Made by a program: the position numbers and the translations under genes
IMG/VR virus record: IMGVR_UViG_3300023179_000145
Coordinates: 1-52,797 of that record
Length of the DNA: 52,797 nucleotides
From: a virus
Lineage: Duplodnaviria; Caudoviricetes
Reading direction: 5' to 3' (one strand)
Shown: piece by piece, positions 9,190 to 19,212 of the stretch
Layout of the letters: each line of letters opens with the position of its first letter
How positions within the stretch are numbered: the first letter of the stretch is position 1
Notes under the pieces: model-generated
The model's database searches: none
Told to the model about the DNA's origin: nothing
What the model saw: the letters and a program-made list of their open reading frames with translations, nothing else

Positions 9190-9631
9190 CTGAGTTTCCT
9201 CGTAGTTGCCAGTATTTAGCCAAATTTATACATTTCGCTAGTTCTTTCTCTAGGACCTGAGTGTGATCTTGCCTAGCACTTGTTTTATTAATCAAGTTTT
9301 CCCACGTATGCCCTGCTGTGCGATCAGCCAATGCACGACGCACATATATGTCATTGCGCAATCTTGTAATGGATTGATCTAATTCTTTTATTTGTCTAGC
9401 CAAGTTAAGATGGTTTAGATTATCTGCCACACACCAAGCCAGAGCAGGCTTGGTACCTGAAAAAGTACCAATCTCATCATCACGCAGGCGAACTTGAAAT
9501 CCTTCAGATACCGGCTGAATTGTGTACTTTCCAAATACTCGGTATTTCTTGCCATCTTCAATAATCACTTTGTTTAGCAGCAACGGTAATTCTTTTGCTG
9601 CCAATGCAGCTAATTTACGACTGGCTTTCAT
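9140..9631 (-). CDS. Hypothetical protein
   Basis: Likely start MKASRK overlaps the upstream stop. Confidence 0.7.
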   Translation of the reverse strand: MKASRKLAALAAKELPLLLNKVIIEDGKKYRVFGKYTIQPVSEGFQVRLRDDEIGTFSGTKPALAWCVADNLNHLNLARQIKELDQSITRLRNDIYVRRALADRTAGHTWENLINKTSARQDHTQVLEKELAKCINLAKYWQLRGNSDETKRTGRNTPYPTNR

Positions 9632-9888
9632 TTGAATACATAGTGTGTTAGCATCCAACCTATGCTAGCTACAAGAAGTCCAATCACAGCAACACCCCAA
9701 CTGATCAACTGATCATTGCGTTTAGCCGACATGGTATGCACCATGCCATGTACTTCTGTTACCATGGATTTTAAAGAATCGACTCCGGACTCAACAGTTT
9801 CAATCTTGAGTTCCAACATTCGATAACGTTCAGCACATAGCTCAACGTGGGCCTCTAAACTTTTCTTTTCAATGTCTGTAGTGTCCAT
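9628..9888 (-). CDS. Small coiled-coil protein with a C-terminal transmembrane helix (holin/XhlA-like architecture)
   Basis: Hydrophobic LISWGVAVIGLLVASIGWML; TAAATA 4 nt upstream. Confidence 0.65.
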   Translation of the reverse strand: MDTTDIEKKSLEAHVELCAERYRMLELKIETVESGVDSLKSMVTEVHGMVHTMSAKRNDQLISWGVAVIGLLVASIGWMLTHYVFK

Positions 9889-9891
9889 GAT

Positions 9892-10302
9892 TTATTTATG
9901 TGTCAAGGGGTCAAACCAGATGTTGACATCTGGACGTAATAGCGTGGTCAACTGCTGTTCAACATAGTTAATAATGGGAACACCATCACAGGCTTGTCGT
10001 AGTCTTCCTACTGGATCATTGTCAAGTGCAAACACATCATCAAATTCTGTGTCAAATTCAAATTGCCAACGTTGATCTTTTGTTCTCACACGAGAAACTC
10101 TAACTGGCTGTGTGTAGAGACTGATCAATTGCATGATAGTTTCCCAGTTGCGTTGTTGGTTGCGACTACGAACCCATGTAGATATGTCGGTTACTTGTTG
10201 TCCTAGCTGATCCGTAAACGGTAATATGTTTTCTCTAAGATGCCCAGTAACTCCCGTGGGTCTGCAATCAAAGTCGGTGGTTATTTGTATACTCAATGTC
10301 AT
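9892..10302 (-). CDS. Hypothetical protein
   Basis: Start moved to MTLSIQ: TAAATA lies 4 nt upstream and the longer ORF crosses a terminator. Confidence 0.7.
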   Translation of the reverse strand: MTLSIQITTDFDCRPTGVTGHLRENILPFTDQLGQQVTDISTWVRSRNQQRNWETIMQLISLYTQPVRVSRVRTKDQRWQFEFDTEFDDVFALDNDPVGRLRQACDGVPIINYVEQQLTTLLRPDVNIWFDPLTHK

Positions 10303-10317
10303 ATGGTATTTAAGACC

Positions 10318-10352
10318 AAAAAAAAAGCCTTGGAAATTAATCCAAGGCTTTT
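10318..10352 (-). terminator. Rho-independent terminator
   Basis: Stem aaaagccttgga / tccaaggctttt with a T-run on the minus strand. Confidence 0.8.
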
Positions 10353-10376
10353 GTTCTTTACTACCACCCAATAATA

Positions 10377-10808
10377 TTAGGTTGGAGCGAAGTTGGTTGC
10401 ACTAGACACAAACACAGCATTACCGGCTGCACTGTTCAACTGTAGGTTCTGACCACCAGAAGCTACTGTAGCACTGGTATTAGCAGTGGCCAACAATGTT
10501 GCAGCGGTGTACGCATCTGTTGGATACAAGGCCAAATTCAACACTGTGGGTGCTGCTGGGCTAACTTGATACATGGCCACAGTGGCTTTGGTCTGAATAG
10601 CTTGTATCAGGTTGTTGATGTAGCCGTTGACATTAGCAGATGTGGTCAAAGAACCATTAGCTACCAAGCTGAAAAAGTCCAGCTTAGGGCCTTGAAAGTT
10701 AACCGAGCCTGTGGCTGCAATGTTGGCTGTACCGGCAATGTTACCATTCGCGGTGTCCATGTGGAATACCGGTTGGGTAGTTCCGTTTGTTTTTGTAAAT
10801 CCTGCCAT
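10377..10808 (-). CDS. Probable virion structural protein
   Basis: A/T/N/G-rich; strong AGGAG RBS; upstream TAAATA and downstream terminator. Confidence 0.7.
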   Translation of the reverse strand: MAGFTKTNGTTQPVFHMDTANGNIAGTANIAATGSVNFQGPKLDFFSLVANGSLTTSANVNGYINNLIQAIQTKATVAMYQVSPAAPTVLNLALYPTDAYTAATLLATANTSATVASGGQNLQLNSAAGNAVFVSSATNFAPT

Positions 10809-10868
10809 TTTAAAATCTCCTAGTTAGTGGGTTTTTGCCCTACACTTATTTATGAATTTGGCAAAAAA

Positions 10869-12845
10869 TCACAAGGTTGGCGGGTTGTTTCTTGCTTTGT
10901 TTCTGGCAGTAAAGTCAAATCTGTTCACTGCTTTGCCATAGCCTGCTGGGGTTGCAAACACCCATCCTTCATTACCAGGCACTTGTGCATCCAGCTGTGA
11001 TAACAAATCTAATTTCAAATCGTGCAACAATTCAAACAACAAGAATGCCGCAGCTAGTGCCTGTTCATTTGAAGTAGGGCTACGCAGGTATTGTGCAATG
11101 TTGTTTACTTTTTGCGGAGTTTGGGTCTGTTGTAACCAAGACAAAAATCCTGGCACCAAATCACTAAAGTCCCCAGTGTACGCAGCATGATTTGGATCCA
11201 CACGCTTGTTGATATAATCAATTGCTAATTTAGCCAAATCAGTTATCTTCATGGCTCGCAATTCTGTGGGATTAAATAATGTATCTAATGCTGCACGATT
11301 TTGACGTAGCAATGTTTTGATTTGTTTAACAATAGCATCATTCTTTGACACAGATTTGGCATAGATTGGTTCAATCAACAACAATCCAGGTACAGGATTG
11401 AACTTGACTCGGCTAAGCGGTTGTTTGGCTGCTCCTGCATCTTCATACATTGTGTGCACCGCTACACCTATATCACTGTTGGCAATTTGTTGACCAAGTT
11501 TGCTGTTGACAGGAATACGATACTGTACTGTATTAGGTTGGAATACTAGATTCCCAGCTTCCACCGGCGGGGTTTGAATGTATAGCAAATCACCTTTGAC
11601 AAATCCACGGAAGTTCTCAGGAGTAGCTGCTTCGAGATAAGGCCATATGGTCTGATACACTGGCAACAATGAGTTGACTCGCGTGGCTGCATTACCTTTG
11701 GCTGCGGCATTGGCATCTCGTCGAGCCATATCGTCAGCAATAGCATCGGGGCTAGTGAATAATCCATCGTATCCTGCTGCTGTGAATCCTGCATCATCGG
11801 TGAGTACAAATTCGCCTGTATCTGGCTTACGGCCAAATACCACAGCTGGTTTACCGTCCCATTTTACTGATCCAGTTTTTGGATTAGTATAGAATGCATC
11901 TGCAATAGACAATGCTCGATCAACGCCGGAGGTTCCGCTACGGAATATGTAATCTTCTAGATGCTCTATGCCTTTGGCCTTACCACCTATAGCAGCAGGC
12001 TCTTGTTCATATAGCTCATATGTTTTTTTAGTTTCAATCAATGGCATCATACCTTGATTTACAATTCTATCTCGCAGTCTTGCCAAGAAGTTTACATCAT
12101 TTTCTTTAACTGTAGTGGCAGGTTCTTGCAATCCTTCACGTGAAAGATATTCACGGAAGTCTGCTAGCTTGGTATCTCGTGCAGGGTCCTGTGCCAATGC
12201 AGCATAGATAGATTCAACATTCTTTAAATTCTCACGGGTGGCTCCTTGCCCTAGCAATACACTGGCCACATAGTCAGGGTCCATACCGCCATCAACCAGC
12301 TGATTTGATGTGCGAGAAAACATGCCATTGGCACCCACTTTGAGACCTAATTGTTTGGCTATACTGCTCATGAGCACATTGCGATTCATACCTTTGTATG
12401 CAGAATCTGCACCACCGGCATAGAAGAACTGTCCCCAATCTAGATTAGGAAAAAACATAAAGTCGGTTTGCACAAAACCTTTGTTGGCATCTCCGCCAAT
12501 GGGTGTACGCAAGTGAACTTCTCCGCCTTTTTTGACCCATTCTCTAGGATCAAGCCCTTGACTCTGAACAAACTGTGTGAGTGTGGTGGCCAATTGTTCT
12601 TTGCTTATTTCATTGAGATCTACTGCTAAATCCAAGTCACCCGATGTGGGTTTTTTGCCGGTGCTGCCTAACCAACGTAATGGTATACCGTCTGAACCTT
12701 TTTCTGTGGTAAAGTCTATGCCGGTGACTTGTTCAATCCAGTCAACTGTGGCAGGCACATCTTGCAGATTGATACGTTGGGTCAATGGATCGCCCGACTT
12801 GGTTTTAAATACGTTGCCACCTTCAAGTAGCTGTTTAATTTGCAT
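10869..12845 (-). CDS. Two-domain protein: Pol-beta-type nucleotidyltransferase plus KxDG ligase-like domain
   Basis: LGSTGKKPTSGDLDLAVD and VQTD in the N-half; IEHLED, SVKWDGKPAVVFG, KGDLL and NEGWV in the C-half. Confidence 0.65.
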   Translation of the reverse strand: MQIKQLLEGGNVFKTKSGDPLTQRINLQDVPATVDWIEQVTGIDFTTEKGSDGIPLRWLGSTGKKPTSGDLDLAVDLNEISKEQLATTLTQFVQSQGLDPREWVKKGGEVHLRTPIGGDANKGFVQTDFMFFPNLDWGQFFYAGGADSAYKGMNRNVLMSSIAKQLGLKVGANGMFSRTSNQLVDGGMDPDYVASVLLGQGATRENLKNVESIYAALAQDPARDTKLADFREYLSREGLQEPATTVKENDVNFLARLRDRIVNQGMMPLIETKKTYELYEQEPAAIGGKAKGIEHLEDYIFRSGTSGVDRALSIADAFYTNPKTGSVKWDGKPAVVFGRKPDTGEFVLTDDAGFTAAGYDGLFTSPDAIADDMARRDANAAAKGNAATRVNSLLPVYQTIWPYLEAATPENFRGFVKGDLLYIQTPPVEAGNLVFQPNTVQYRIPVNSKLGQQIANSDIGVAVHTMYEDAGAAKQPLSRVKFNPVPGLLLIEPIYAKSVSKNDAIVKQIKTLLRQNRAALDTLFNPTELRAMKITDLAKLAIDYINKRVDPNHAAYTGDFSDLVPGFLSWLQQTQTPQKVNNIAQYLRSPTSNEQALAAAFLLFELLHDLKLDLLSQLDAQVPGNEGWVFATPAGYGKAVNRFDFTARNKARNNPPTL

Positions 12846-13080
12846 TACTACGCCTCACTGTTCTGGCAAATCTTCCTGCATCTCTTGTACGGATAGCATT
12901 GAGCAATTTGCGTGTTAGATTATCTGCCTGTTCCTTTGTGTAGGAAGCATCAATCTGTTCTAGTAGATTGATTGCACCGGCGATTATATTTGCGGCCCGG
13001 CTCTCTATCACTAGGTCGCGTTCACGCTCAATGTACATGGAATCTAATTCTTCTAATAAACTACGAGTGCGTTTTTGCAT
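12835..13080 (-). CDS. Hypothetical protein
   Basis: Operon packing; upstream TAAATA. Confidence 0.7.
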   Translation of the reverse strand: MQKRTRSLLEELDSMYIERERDLVIESRAANIIAGAINLLEQIDASYTKEQADNLTRKLLNAIRTRDAGRFARTVRRSNAN

Positions 13081-13112
13081 ATGGATAAAAGCCCTTGAAT
13101 TATTTATTGGTT

Positions 13113-13664
13113 TTAGGTTGTTTTTATCTTTCCTAACAACTGCTTGAGTTTGGTACTTTGCACATCTGCAGAAATTTTTGGAGCAAACGGATCATGCCCA
13201 TCCTTGGGCTTTGCTCGTTCCCACTGTCCAGGTGTTACCACTGGTTCTGCCGGAGTAACCAAGGCTTTTGCCTTGATAGAATCCATCAAGCTGGGTTTAC
13301 GGAATGAGTTTTCACTGTCTTCACCACCGGCATCTGTGATACGCATGGTATCAATATCATATTCTAAATCAATCTTTTGTCCTACACCTGTTGAACTACG
13401 CGATTTCATACATTGAATTTGATACTTTCCGCGCTCTTTCATTTGCCTGCTGGTAAAGATACCAAACACATTGTCTGCTGTGTTGATCTTCGAGATACCA
13501 CCCGAAATATGACTGTGATCAAACTCTACTTCTTCGACGGCGCTGTTATGCGTTAAAATATCATTGGCATAAAATAAACGATTGCCGTTTACATTTATAT
13601 CAATTGTATCTTCTTCACCAATATATTTGATTGATATGATTTCATCTTCAACGTAATTATTCAT
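13113..13664 (-). CDS. Split-intein C-fragment (40 aa, 13545-13664) fused to the gp41/DnaB helicase C-terminal part
   Basis: ...TIDINVNGNRLFYANDILTHN|SAVEEVEFDHSHISGGISKINTAD...MKSR. Confidence 0.95.
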   Translation of the reverse strand: MNNYVEDEIISIKYIGEEDTIDINVNGNRLFYANDILTHNSAVEEVEFDHSHISGGISKINTADNVFGIFTSRQMKERGKYQIQCMKSRSSTGVGQKIDLEYDIDTMRITDAGGEDSENSFRKPSLMDSIKAKALVTPAEPVVTPGQWERAKPKDGHDPFAPKISADVQSTKLKQLLGKIKTT

Positions 13665-15147
13665 CCGATCCTCTCAATATAAAATGTTTGTGTCCACAAT
13701 CATATATGCGTAATGCTCCCATATCTCGCATAATTTCTGATTCAGATTTATCTGGGTCATTTCCCAAACTGATTAATTTTTTCTTAGTCCAGCTTAATCT
13801 ATGATACATAACTCCATTCAAAAAATACCAATAACCTGGCTTAGTAATATGTGATTGTGTAAAATTGTTATTAGTATACACATCACCTGTTCCATATCGC
13901 AAGTCCGCATATGTAGTAATATCCAAATTTGGATGTTCTTGTTGTATTGCTCTAATGAATTTACCTAATGCACCTGGAACATGATACTCGTCAAATGCCA
14001 ATCTGATTATTTCTATATTGGAATTTTTCTTATTGAACCGACTACCCTTCATACAGGTGAGCACTGCTAGTAACGAGTCATTGTGGTATAAACCATAACA
14101 TATAGATGCTCTACTATGTCCATGGATATGATTCTTTTCTAAAAAACTTTTGGCCAATCTATGGTGAATCTTCTTGACCTGACATTTTCTAGCATGAATC
14201 CGTACATCGGTTATACCCAATCGATGTTTTATCATGCGACAAATTAACTCACGTTTTTCTGCCCATTCACAATCTGTGACCATTAATAATTTAATTCCTT
14301 TATCGGCACATTGTTGATATTTTTGTTGATGGTAATTTGGTTCAAGTCTATCCTCACTATGCCAATAAACACCATTTACTTCAATTGCAAAATTCTCTTT
14401 TGGAAAATATAAATCAAGTTCTTTGGGGGATATTATTTTTCTACTATTCTCAATAATTTGACCAGAATAGAACTTACGTATCTCTGATAGTATGTCCTTT
14501 TCTATAGAGCTTTGTCCACCAAAATTCCCAGTGGGGTAACAAGTCTGACATCTGGGAATTTTTCCAAATATATTTGATGCAAAGACTGTCTGGCAACTTA
14601 CGCAGGTCCAGGCCAACTCTTTGTCTCTCACATGGGTATATTCAGTAAATTCAAAATTAGGAGTTGCAAATTCAGATATTGTCGCCAGTAATTGATTGAA
14701 AAATGTCAATTGCTTGTTTCTTCCTCGCTGGGTCTTTAATCTATCAATCTGTCCGGGATTGATTACTCCGTATCTGTCTGAGCATGTTTGTCGAACCCGT
14801 TCTTTATATTCTACAGTAGATGAAAAATGATCAACCCCGTACCGTTGTTTATTGGTATTTTTTTTCTTTTCGGCAACAGTTTTACTATTAGCTGTACATT
14901 TCCTACTACAGAATTTAGCATAGCCTCGGCCAAAATCTAAAAACTTAGTAGAATTTTGACAGTAGCCGCAAACTGAGGGTGTATCATTGACCCAGCGCCA
15001 TGCCTTTTCGGACAAACTGCCACCACTCAATTCATTTATTTTTGCATACAGAAGTGGCTGCCGAGACTTCAATATTATTGACGCTACTCTGGGTTGGTTG
15101 TCCCATAAATTGAGTATATAATTTTTCTCCTGCAGATAATCCATCAT
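13657..15147 (-). CDS. Hef-like homing endonuclease between the split-intein halves of gp41, with an extra C-terminal GNAT/Mom-like domain
   Basis: RYGV repeats; KELDLYFPKENFAIEVNGVYWH nuclease motif; ARKC...NHIHG...TYADLRYGTGDVY. Confidence 0.85.
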   Translation of the reverse strand: MMDYLQEKNYILNLWDNQPRVASIILKSRQPLLYAKINELSGGSLSEKAWRWVNDTPSVCGYCQNSTKFLDFGRGYAKFCSRKCTANSKTVAEKKKNTNKQRYGVDHFSSTVEYKERVRQTCSDRYGVINPGQIDRLKTQRGRNKQLTFFNQLLATISEFATPNFEFTEYTHVRDKELAWTCVSCQTVFASNIFGKIPRCQTCYPTGNFGGQSSIEKDILSEIRKFYSGQIIENSRKIISPKELDLYFPKENFAIEVNGVYWHSEDRLEPNYHQQKYQQCADKGIKLLMVTDCEWAEKRELICRMIKHRLGITDVRIHARKCQVKKIHHRLAKSFLEKNHIHGHSRASICYGLYHNDSLLAVLTCMKGSRFNKKNSNIEIIRLAFDEYHVPGALGKFIRAIQQEHPNLDITTYADLRYGTGDVYTNNNFTQSHITKPGYWYFLNGVMYHRLSWTKKKLISLGNDPDKSESEIMRDMGALRIYDCGHKHFILRGSDE

Positions 15148-16375
15148 TTATTGTCCTTAATCCTTGTGAAGTGGGAAATTTATGATTTGCACTACACATA
15201 ATCGTTTTACCAGTACGAGTGGTTATCTTGTAAACTGACTGCCTGGTGATAGGCAAAATTTCAGTCACTGTGACCGATCCCGAATCAGATTGCAATTGGT
15301 CACCTACCTGCACCTGACTGATGGGTTTGGCTTGCCCATCAACCACAACCACAGTATCTAATGTCAAACACCTGTTCAATTGACTTGCAGTCACCATCAA
15401 GATGCCCAACTCTTTGGCCAAATTTCTTAATTCCTCACTAACATATTTATCTTTCACAAACAAGTCATTAGGACTTACCTTTGCACTCACAGGCATCAAC
15501 AAATCCAAGTAGTCAATCATCACAAAGTCCACACGCTTGCCTGTTTGAATTTGATACTCTTTCAAATAGGCTCGTATGTCATTGATGTTGCTTTGTGCCG
15601 GTAACCCTTTCACTTGATAGTTGCCGGATTTTTTTGCTACCAGTTTGACTTTGAGTTCTGTTGTGTCCATGTCCTTGCGAATATCCTTGGTACTCATGTT
15701 TGTGAGCATGGCATCAGTTCGCAAACTTGTGAGTTCTTCGCTCAACTCCAGTGTGATGTATACTCCGCTCAACCCTGTTTGTACCCAGTTCAATGCTATG
15801 TTCATCATTACCAACGATTTGCCAGATCCTGACCCGCCTGCAAAAATGTTGAGTTCGCCTCGACTGAATCCGCCATACAACAGTCGATCCATTTGTGCCC
15901 ATCCTGTACTGACTTGTCCGCCAGAATTGAAATATTTTTCAAGCCGTGCTTTGGGATCAGCAAAATAATCAGTGCCCATGTCTTTGGTCAATGATATCTG
16001 CACAGCGTCTTTGATTAGTTTTTCAACTGGATCGTAATCACCCTTTTCCAACAAGTCTGCTGCTTTGAGAATTGCACGTTCTAGTTCTTGTCTGCGTGTG
16101 AAAGATTCAAACTCTGTCATGAACCATTCAAAGTGGCCTTCGTTCAGTTCTGGCACTGACTGTAGTTTAATACCAGTGGTGGCTGCTATCTGAGACCGAT
16201 CTGGCAAGGTCTTGTATTTGTCTCCGTGCTCTTTAAGAAACTCAGCTGCTGGTCTCAAACTTCGATCAAAGTTCTCTGGATTATAAATGTTCTGCACACG
16301 CACGTACCCCTGTGCATCCTCCAACATCATTTCCAAGAATAACTTTTGTACTTCAATTCCGTATTCTTTTAACAA
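15032..16375 (-). CDS. Replicative helicase gp41/DnaB N-terminal part plus split-intein N-fragment (15032-15370)
   Basis: GGSGSGKS, ITLE, IDYLD, TASQLNR|CLTLDT...CSANHKFPT. Confidence 0.96.
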   Translation of the reverse strand: MLKEYGIEVQKLFLEMMLEDAQGYVRVQNIYNPENFDRSLRPAAEFLKEHGDKYKTLPDRSQIAATTGIKLQSVPELNEGHFEWFMTEFESFTRRQELERAILKAADLLEKGDYDPVEKLIKDAVQISLTKDMGTDYFADPKARLEKYFNSGGQVSTGWAQMDRLLYGGFSRGELNIFAGGSGSGKSLVMMNIALNWVQTGLSGVYITLELSEELTSLRTDAMLTNMSTKDIRKDMDTTELKVKLVAKKSGNYQVKGLPAQSNINDIRAYLKEYQIQTGKRVDFVMIDYLDLLMPVSAKVSPNDLFVKDKYVSEELRNLAKELGILMVTASQLNRCLTLDTVVVVDGQAKPISQVQVGDQLQSDSGSVTVTEILPITRQSVYKITTRTGKTIMCSANHKFPTSQGLRTINDGLSAGEKLYTQFMGQPTQSSVNNIEVSAATSVCKNK

Positions 16376-17327
16376 TCTGTCTCTTCCTTAGTTCAATTTT
16401 GATCCGACTGGTTTCACGATTTTCAAATATAGTTAGCACAGTTGCCAACCTGCCATAACGAACCACACTGTCGTTCACGTCTTTGACGTCATCGGGCCAT
16501 GGTGGCATACTCACTGCCCATCCCAGTTCCACAGCACGGTCCACAAGTTCCATCCCTGCTAAATCTTGATCAGGCACCACTGTAATTTCTCGACCCAAGC
16601 TGCGAATCAATCGTGCTTGTTTATCTGAAATAGTGTTATGCATTACTGCCAGTCCACCAATACATAGTGCATCAAATACACCTTCTACCACAATTACATT
16701 AGTCCAATCCGCATGTTGCAAGTCTGTACCAAACACATAGCCTGGTTGACTACTGCTGATATATTTGGGTTTTCTATTATCAAGGTATCGCTCAGTGTGC
16801 CCTACCACACGATTGTGATGAGTAAATGGGATAATCACTGCTGTACGATGATTCTGATAATTCTTAAAGATCAACGCAGGGTAATCTTCAGGCACTCGAC
16901 GAGTACGTAGATACTCTCTAAGTTCGTTATCCTCAGTCAACAACTCGCTCAATGGTGGCAACTCTTGTTCTTCAAACGTGATGTTTGCTAACGTATCAAA
17001 TGTACGTTGTCGATCGTCGATGATACCGTATATGCCTCGATGTCTTAGACTTTCTAAGTTTAGCATGTCAATTTCAGCATCAGGCACACCCATCCAGCTC
17101 AAGAGCCTGCGGGCCTTATAACTTAATGTACGACCAAGGATAAAGCTAGCGGTGTAGTTGCAGTTGAAGCAATGATAACTCCACCCTTTTTCAGATGGTT
17201 TAAGACCCCCGCGATTGCGTGTGTCTCGTGTGCTGCTATTATGTTGACAACATACTGCATTGAAACTTATCCAGCCCGATGGGGTTATCTTTCTTTTTGC
17301 TGGCAAGTACGCAAGGATATCTAGCAT
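16353..17327 (-). CDS. DNA primase (gp61-like, Zn finger plus TOPRIM)
   Basis: HCFNC, PKY, VVEGVFDA, PDQDLAG, KDVND; adjacent to the helicase. Confidence 0.9.
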   Translation of the reverse strand: MLDILAYLPAKRKITPSGWISFNAVCCQHNSSTRDTRNRGGLKPSEKGWSYHCFNCNYTASFILGRTLSYKARRLLSWMGVPDAEIDMLNLESLRHRGIYGIIDDRQRTFDTLANITFEEQELPPLSELLTEDNELREYLRTRRVPEDYPALIFKNYQNHRTAVIIPFTHHNRVVGHTERYLDNRKPKYISSSQPGYVFGTDLQHADWTNVIVVEGVFDALCIGGLAVMHNTISDKQARLIRSLGREITVVPDQDLAGMELVDRAVELGWAVSMPPWPDDVKDVNDSVVRYGRLATVLTIFENRETSRIKIELRKRQIVKRIRN

Positions 17328-17329
17328 CC

Positions 17330-18064
17330 TTACATTGTAGCAGAGTCTATGGTCAAAATCAACTTTTCAGCAATCATTTCATGCCCAATCTCGTTGGGAT
17401 GGCCGCCGGGCATGACCAATTCACGTTTTCGATTTCCCGGATGATCTCGAAGCCACACTGTGGTTGCAAATTCAGGCCAAATTATAGTGGGAGTATTTTT
17501 CATTTTGCACTCAGCAGGCATGACATGAAATTGCATTATGGGTATGTTATGTCTTGCAGAGACTCCGTCAAAAAACATCACAGTCTGTTGATAATTTAAT
17601 CGTGAAAGTTCTGCGCAGTTGGTCAATACCAATTGTTGTTTGACCATGGTTCGAAATTCTTCAGGTACTACACTGCTGCCATATTCCACCCATGAAGAAT
17701 GTATGAATTTGTTCCAAGGCGGATCGTTACTGTAACTACGATGATTGGGATTATAAAAACTCAATCTGTCAGAATCAGTGTGTCCAACTAATACTAAACA
17801 TTCGGTAGGGTCAGGTTCATGATCTAGCCACCATTGAAATGTCCAAATTGAACTTTGCATACTGCCGCCCGGAATGCCAAAGTTCTCAACTGGCACACAG
17901 TAATGTTTGCCCAGCAACCCTAAAAAGTTATGATTGGTTCGGTATTCATCATTTTGCGTCCAACATGAGTGTGCGTCTGAATGGTGTTGTGCCAATACCG
18001 GATCCAATAACTCGTCACCATACATCCACGAATCACCAAATCCTACAATTTTTTTATATTTCAT
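17330..18064 (-). CDS. SGNH/GDSL-type hydrolase-like protein
   Basis: FGDSW, NFGIPGGS, GHPNEIGH. Confidence 0.75.
   Translation of the reverse strand: MKYKKIVGFGDSWMYGDELLDPVLAQHHSDAHSCWTQNDEYRTNHNFLGLLGKHYCVPVENFGIPGGSMQSSIWTFQWWLDHEPDPTECLVLVGHTDSDRLSFYNPNHRSYSNDPPWNKFIHSSWVEYGSSVVPEEFRTMVKQQLVLTNCAELSRLNYQQTVMFFDGVSARHNIPIMQFHVMPAECKMKNTPTIIWPEFATTVWLRDHPGNRKRELVMPGGHPNEIGHEMIAEKLILTIDSATM
17334..17362 (-). promoter_or_regulatory. Sigma70-type promoter for the primase
   Basis: TTGATT-17nt-TACAAT with extended TG; ATG 6 nt downstream. Confidence 0.6.
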
Positions 18065-19164
18065 TATCTAACTAGAATGCTTACAATGGCTCCACGATTG
18101 AGACTGACCGCAGCAATCTGATTGCTTTGTTGTGGGTTACTCACGTAACCTTGACCACCATTAATAACATTTATGGCACTTACTGAGGTGCCTTCAATTT
18201 CTGCTTCGGCCACAGCACCTGCACCCAGGCCAATGATGTTTACCCGTGGTGGTGCCAGATATCCATATCCTGACTGAGTCACTGTGATAGATGTGATCAC
18301 TCCATTTGCACCGTATGCTTTGGCCGTTGCCAATTGTACCTGTTCTGTACCCGGCCATTGATCTGCTACCAGTCTCAACAAAGGATGATATCCTAATACG
18401 TTGATATAGTCTGTACCAGTTTTATTATAATAGCTTTGCTGTTCAGTCACATCCACCCATACTGATTCATATGTTTGTGCACCTTGTGCTTTGACATTAC
18501 CAGTGAAATGATCCATTTCCATTTGGAATGTGGTTAGGCTGGTTCCATTGCTGACCACATGGCTACTGAATCTTTGTGGATCGTTATAAACATTCCCATA
18601 TGCACCTGGTGGGTTTAGTGCCCAGTCTGGGTAATTGGAATTGAATACCGGATCTAGGTATGATTCGGGACCGTAGATGTTGGGTATGGTTACCAGGTGA
18701 CTGGGCACAAAAGCAGGCTTTACACTGTCCACAATATCCACATCGCCGCGGCCCTGAGCTTGGGCATCCACAAACACAGCTTCTACCAGGTTGCCGCTGG
18801 CACGTTCTATACTGTAGCTGGACGGCTCTGGTGGAAATTCGGTGGTTTCTGCAGATGTCAATGTGACTTTGGCGCGACCGTATTGTGCATTGATGATGAC
18901 CATTTCTTTTTCAATCAACTGTGCAGTACCTGCTAGATTGATCAATTTGAATCGCAATTCACTTCCAGTGATGTTCACAGGCTTTTGATCTTGATTAACA
19001 AACTCAAACAAGATCACGTTGTCAACACCTTTGTTGATGGTTAATTTTTTAGCATACACTGGGTCCCACCTCCGGTCAAAATAAGCACCGCTGGAATCCA
19101 AGACCAACACTCGTTGGATTTGCTGATAGATATAGATCTGAGTTGAATACATATGGTGCTCCAA
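18064..19164 (-). CDS. Probable virion structural protein
   Basis: C-terminal ITVTQSGYGY...INVINGGQGY repeats typical of T4-like baseplate/tail proteins; upstream TAAATA. Confidence 0.65.
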   Translation of the reverse strand: MEHHMYSTQIYIYQQIQRVLVLDSSGAYFDRRWDPVYAKKLTINKGVDNVILFEFVNQDQKPVNITGSELRFKLINLAGTAQLIEKEMVIINAQYGRAKVTLTSAETTEFPPEPSSYSIERASGNLVEAVFVDAQAQGRGDVDIVDSVKPAFVPSHLVTIPNIYGPESYLDPVFNSNYPDWALNPPGAYGNVYNDPQRFSSHVVSNGTSLTTFQMEMDHFTGNVKAQGAQTYESVWVDVTEQQSYYNKTGTDYINVLGYHPLLRLVADQWPGTEQVQLATAKAYGANGVITSITVTQSGYGYLAPPRVNIIGLGAGAVAEAEIEGTSVSAINVINGGQGYVSNPQQSNQIAAVSLNRGAIVSILVR

Positions 19165-19165
19165 T

Positions 19166-19198
19166 GATATTTATCTGAACTCTCCTGGTATAAATATC
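19166..19198. promoter_or_regulatory. Divergent pair of late-type promoters
   Basis: Inverted GATATTTAT ... ATAAATATC between divergently transcribed genes. Confidence 0.6.
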
Positions 19199-19212
19199 CG
19201 AACTAGTACAAT

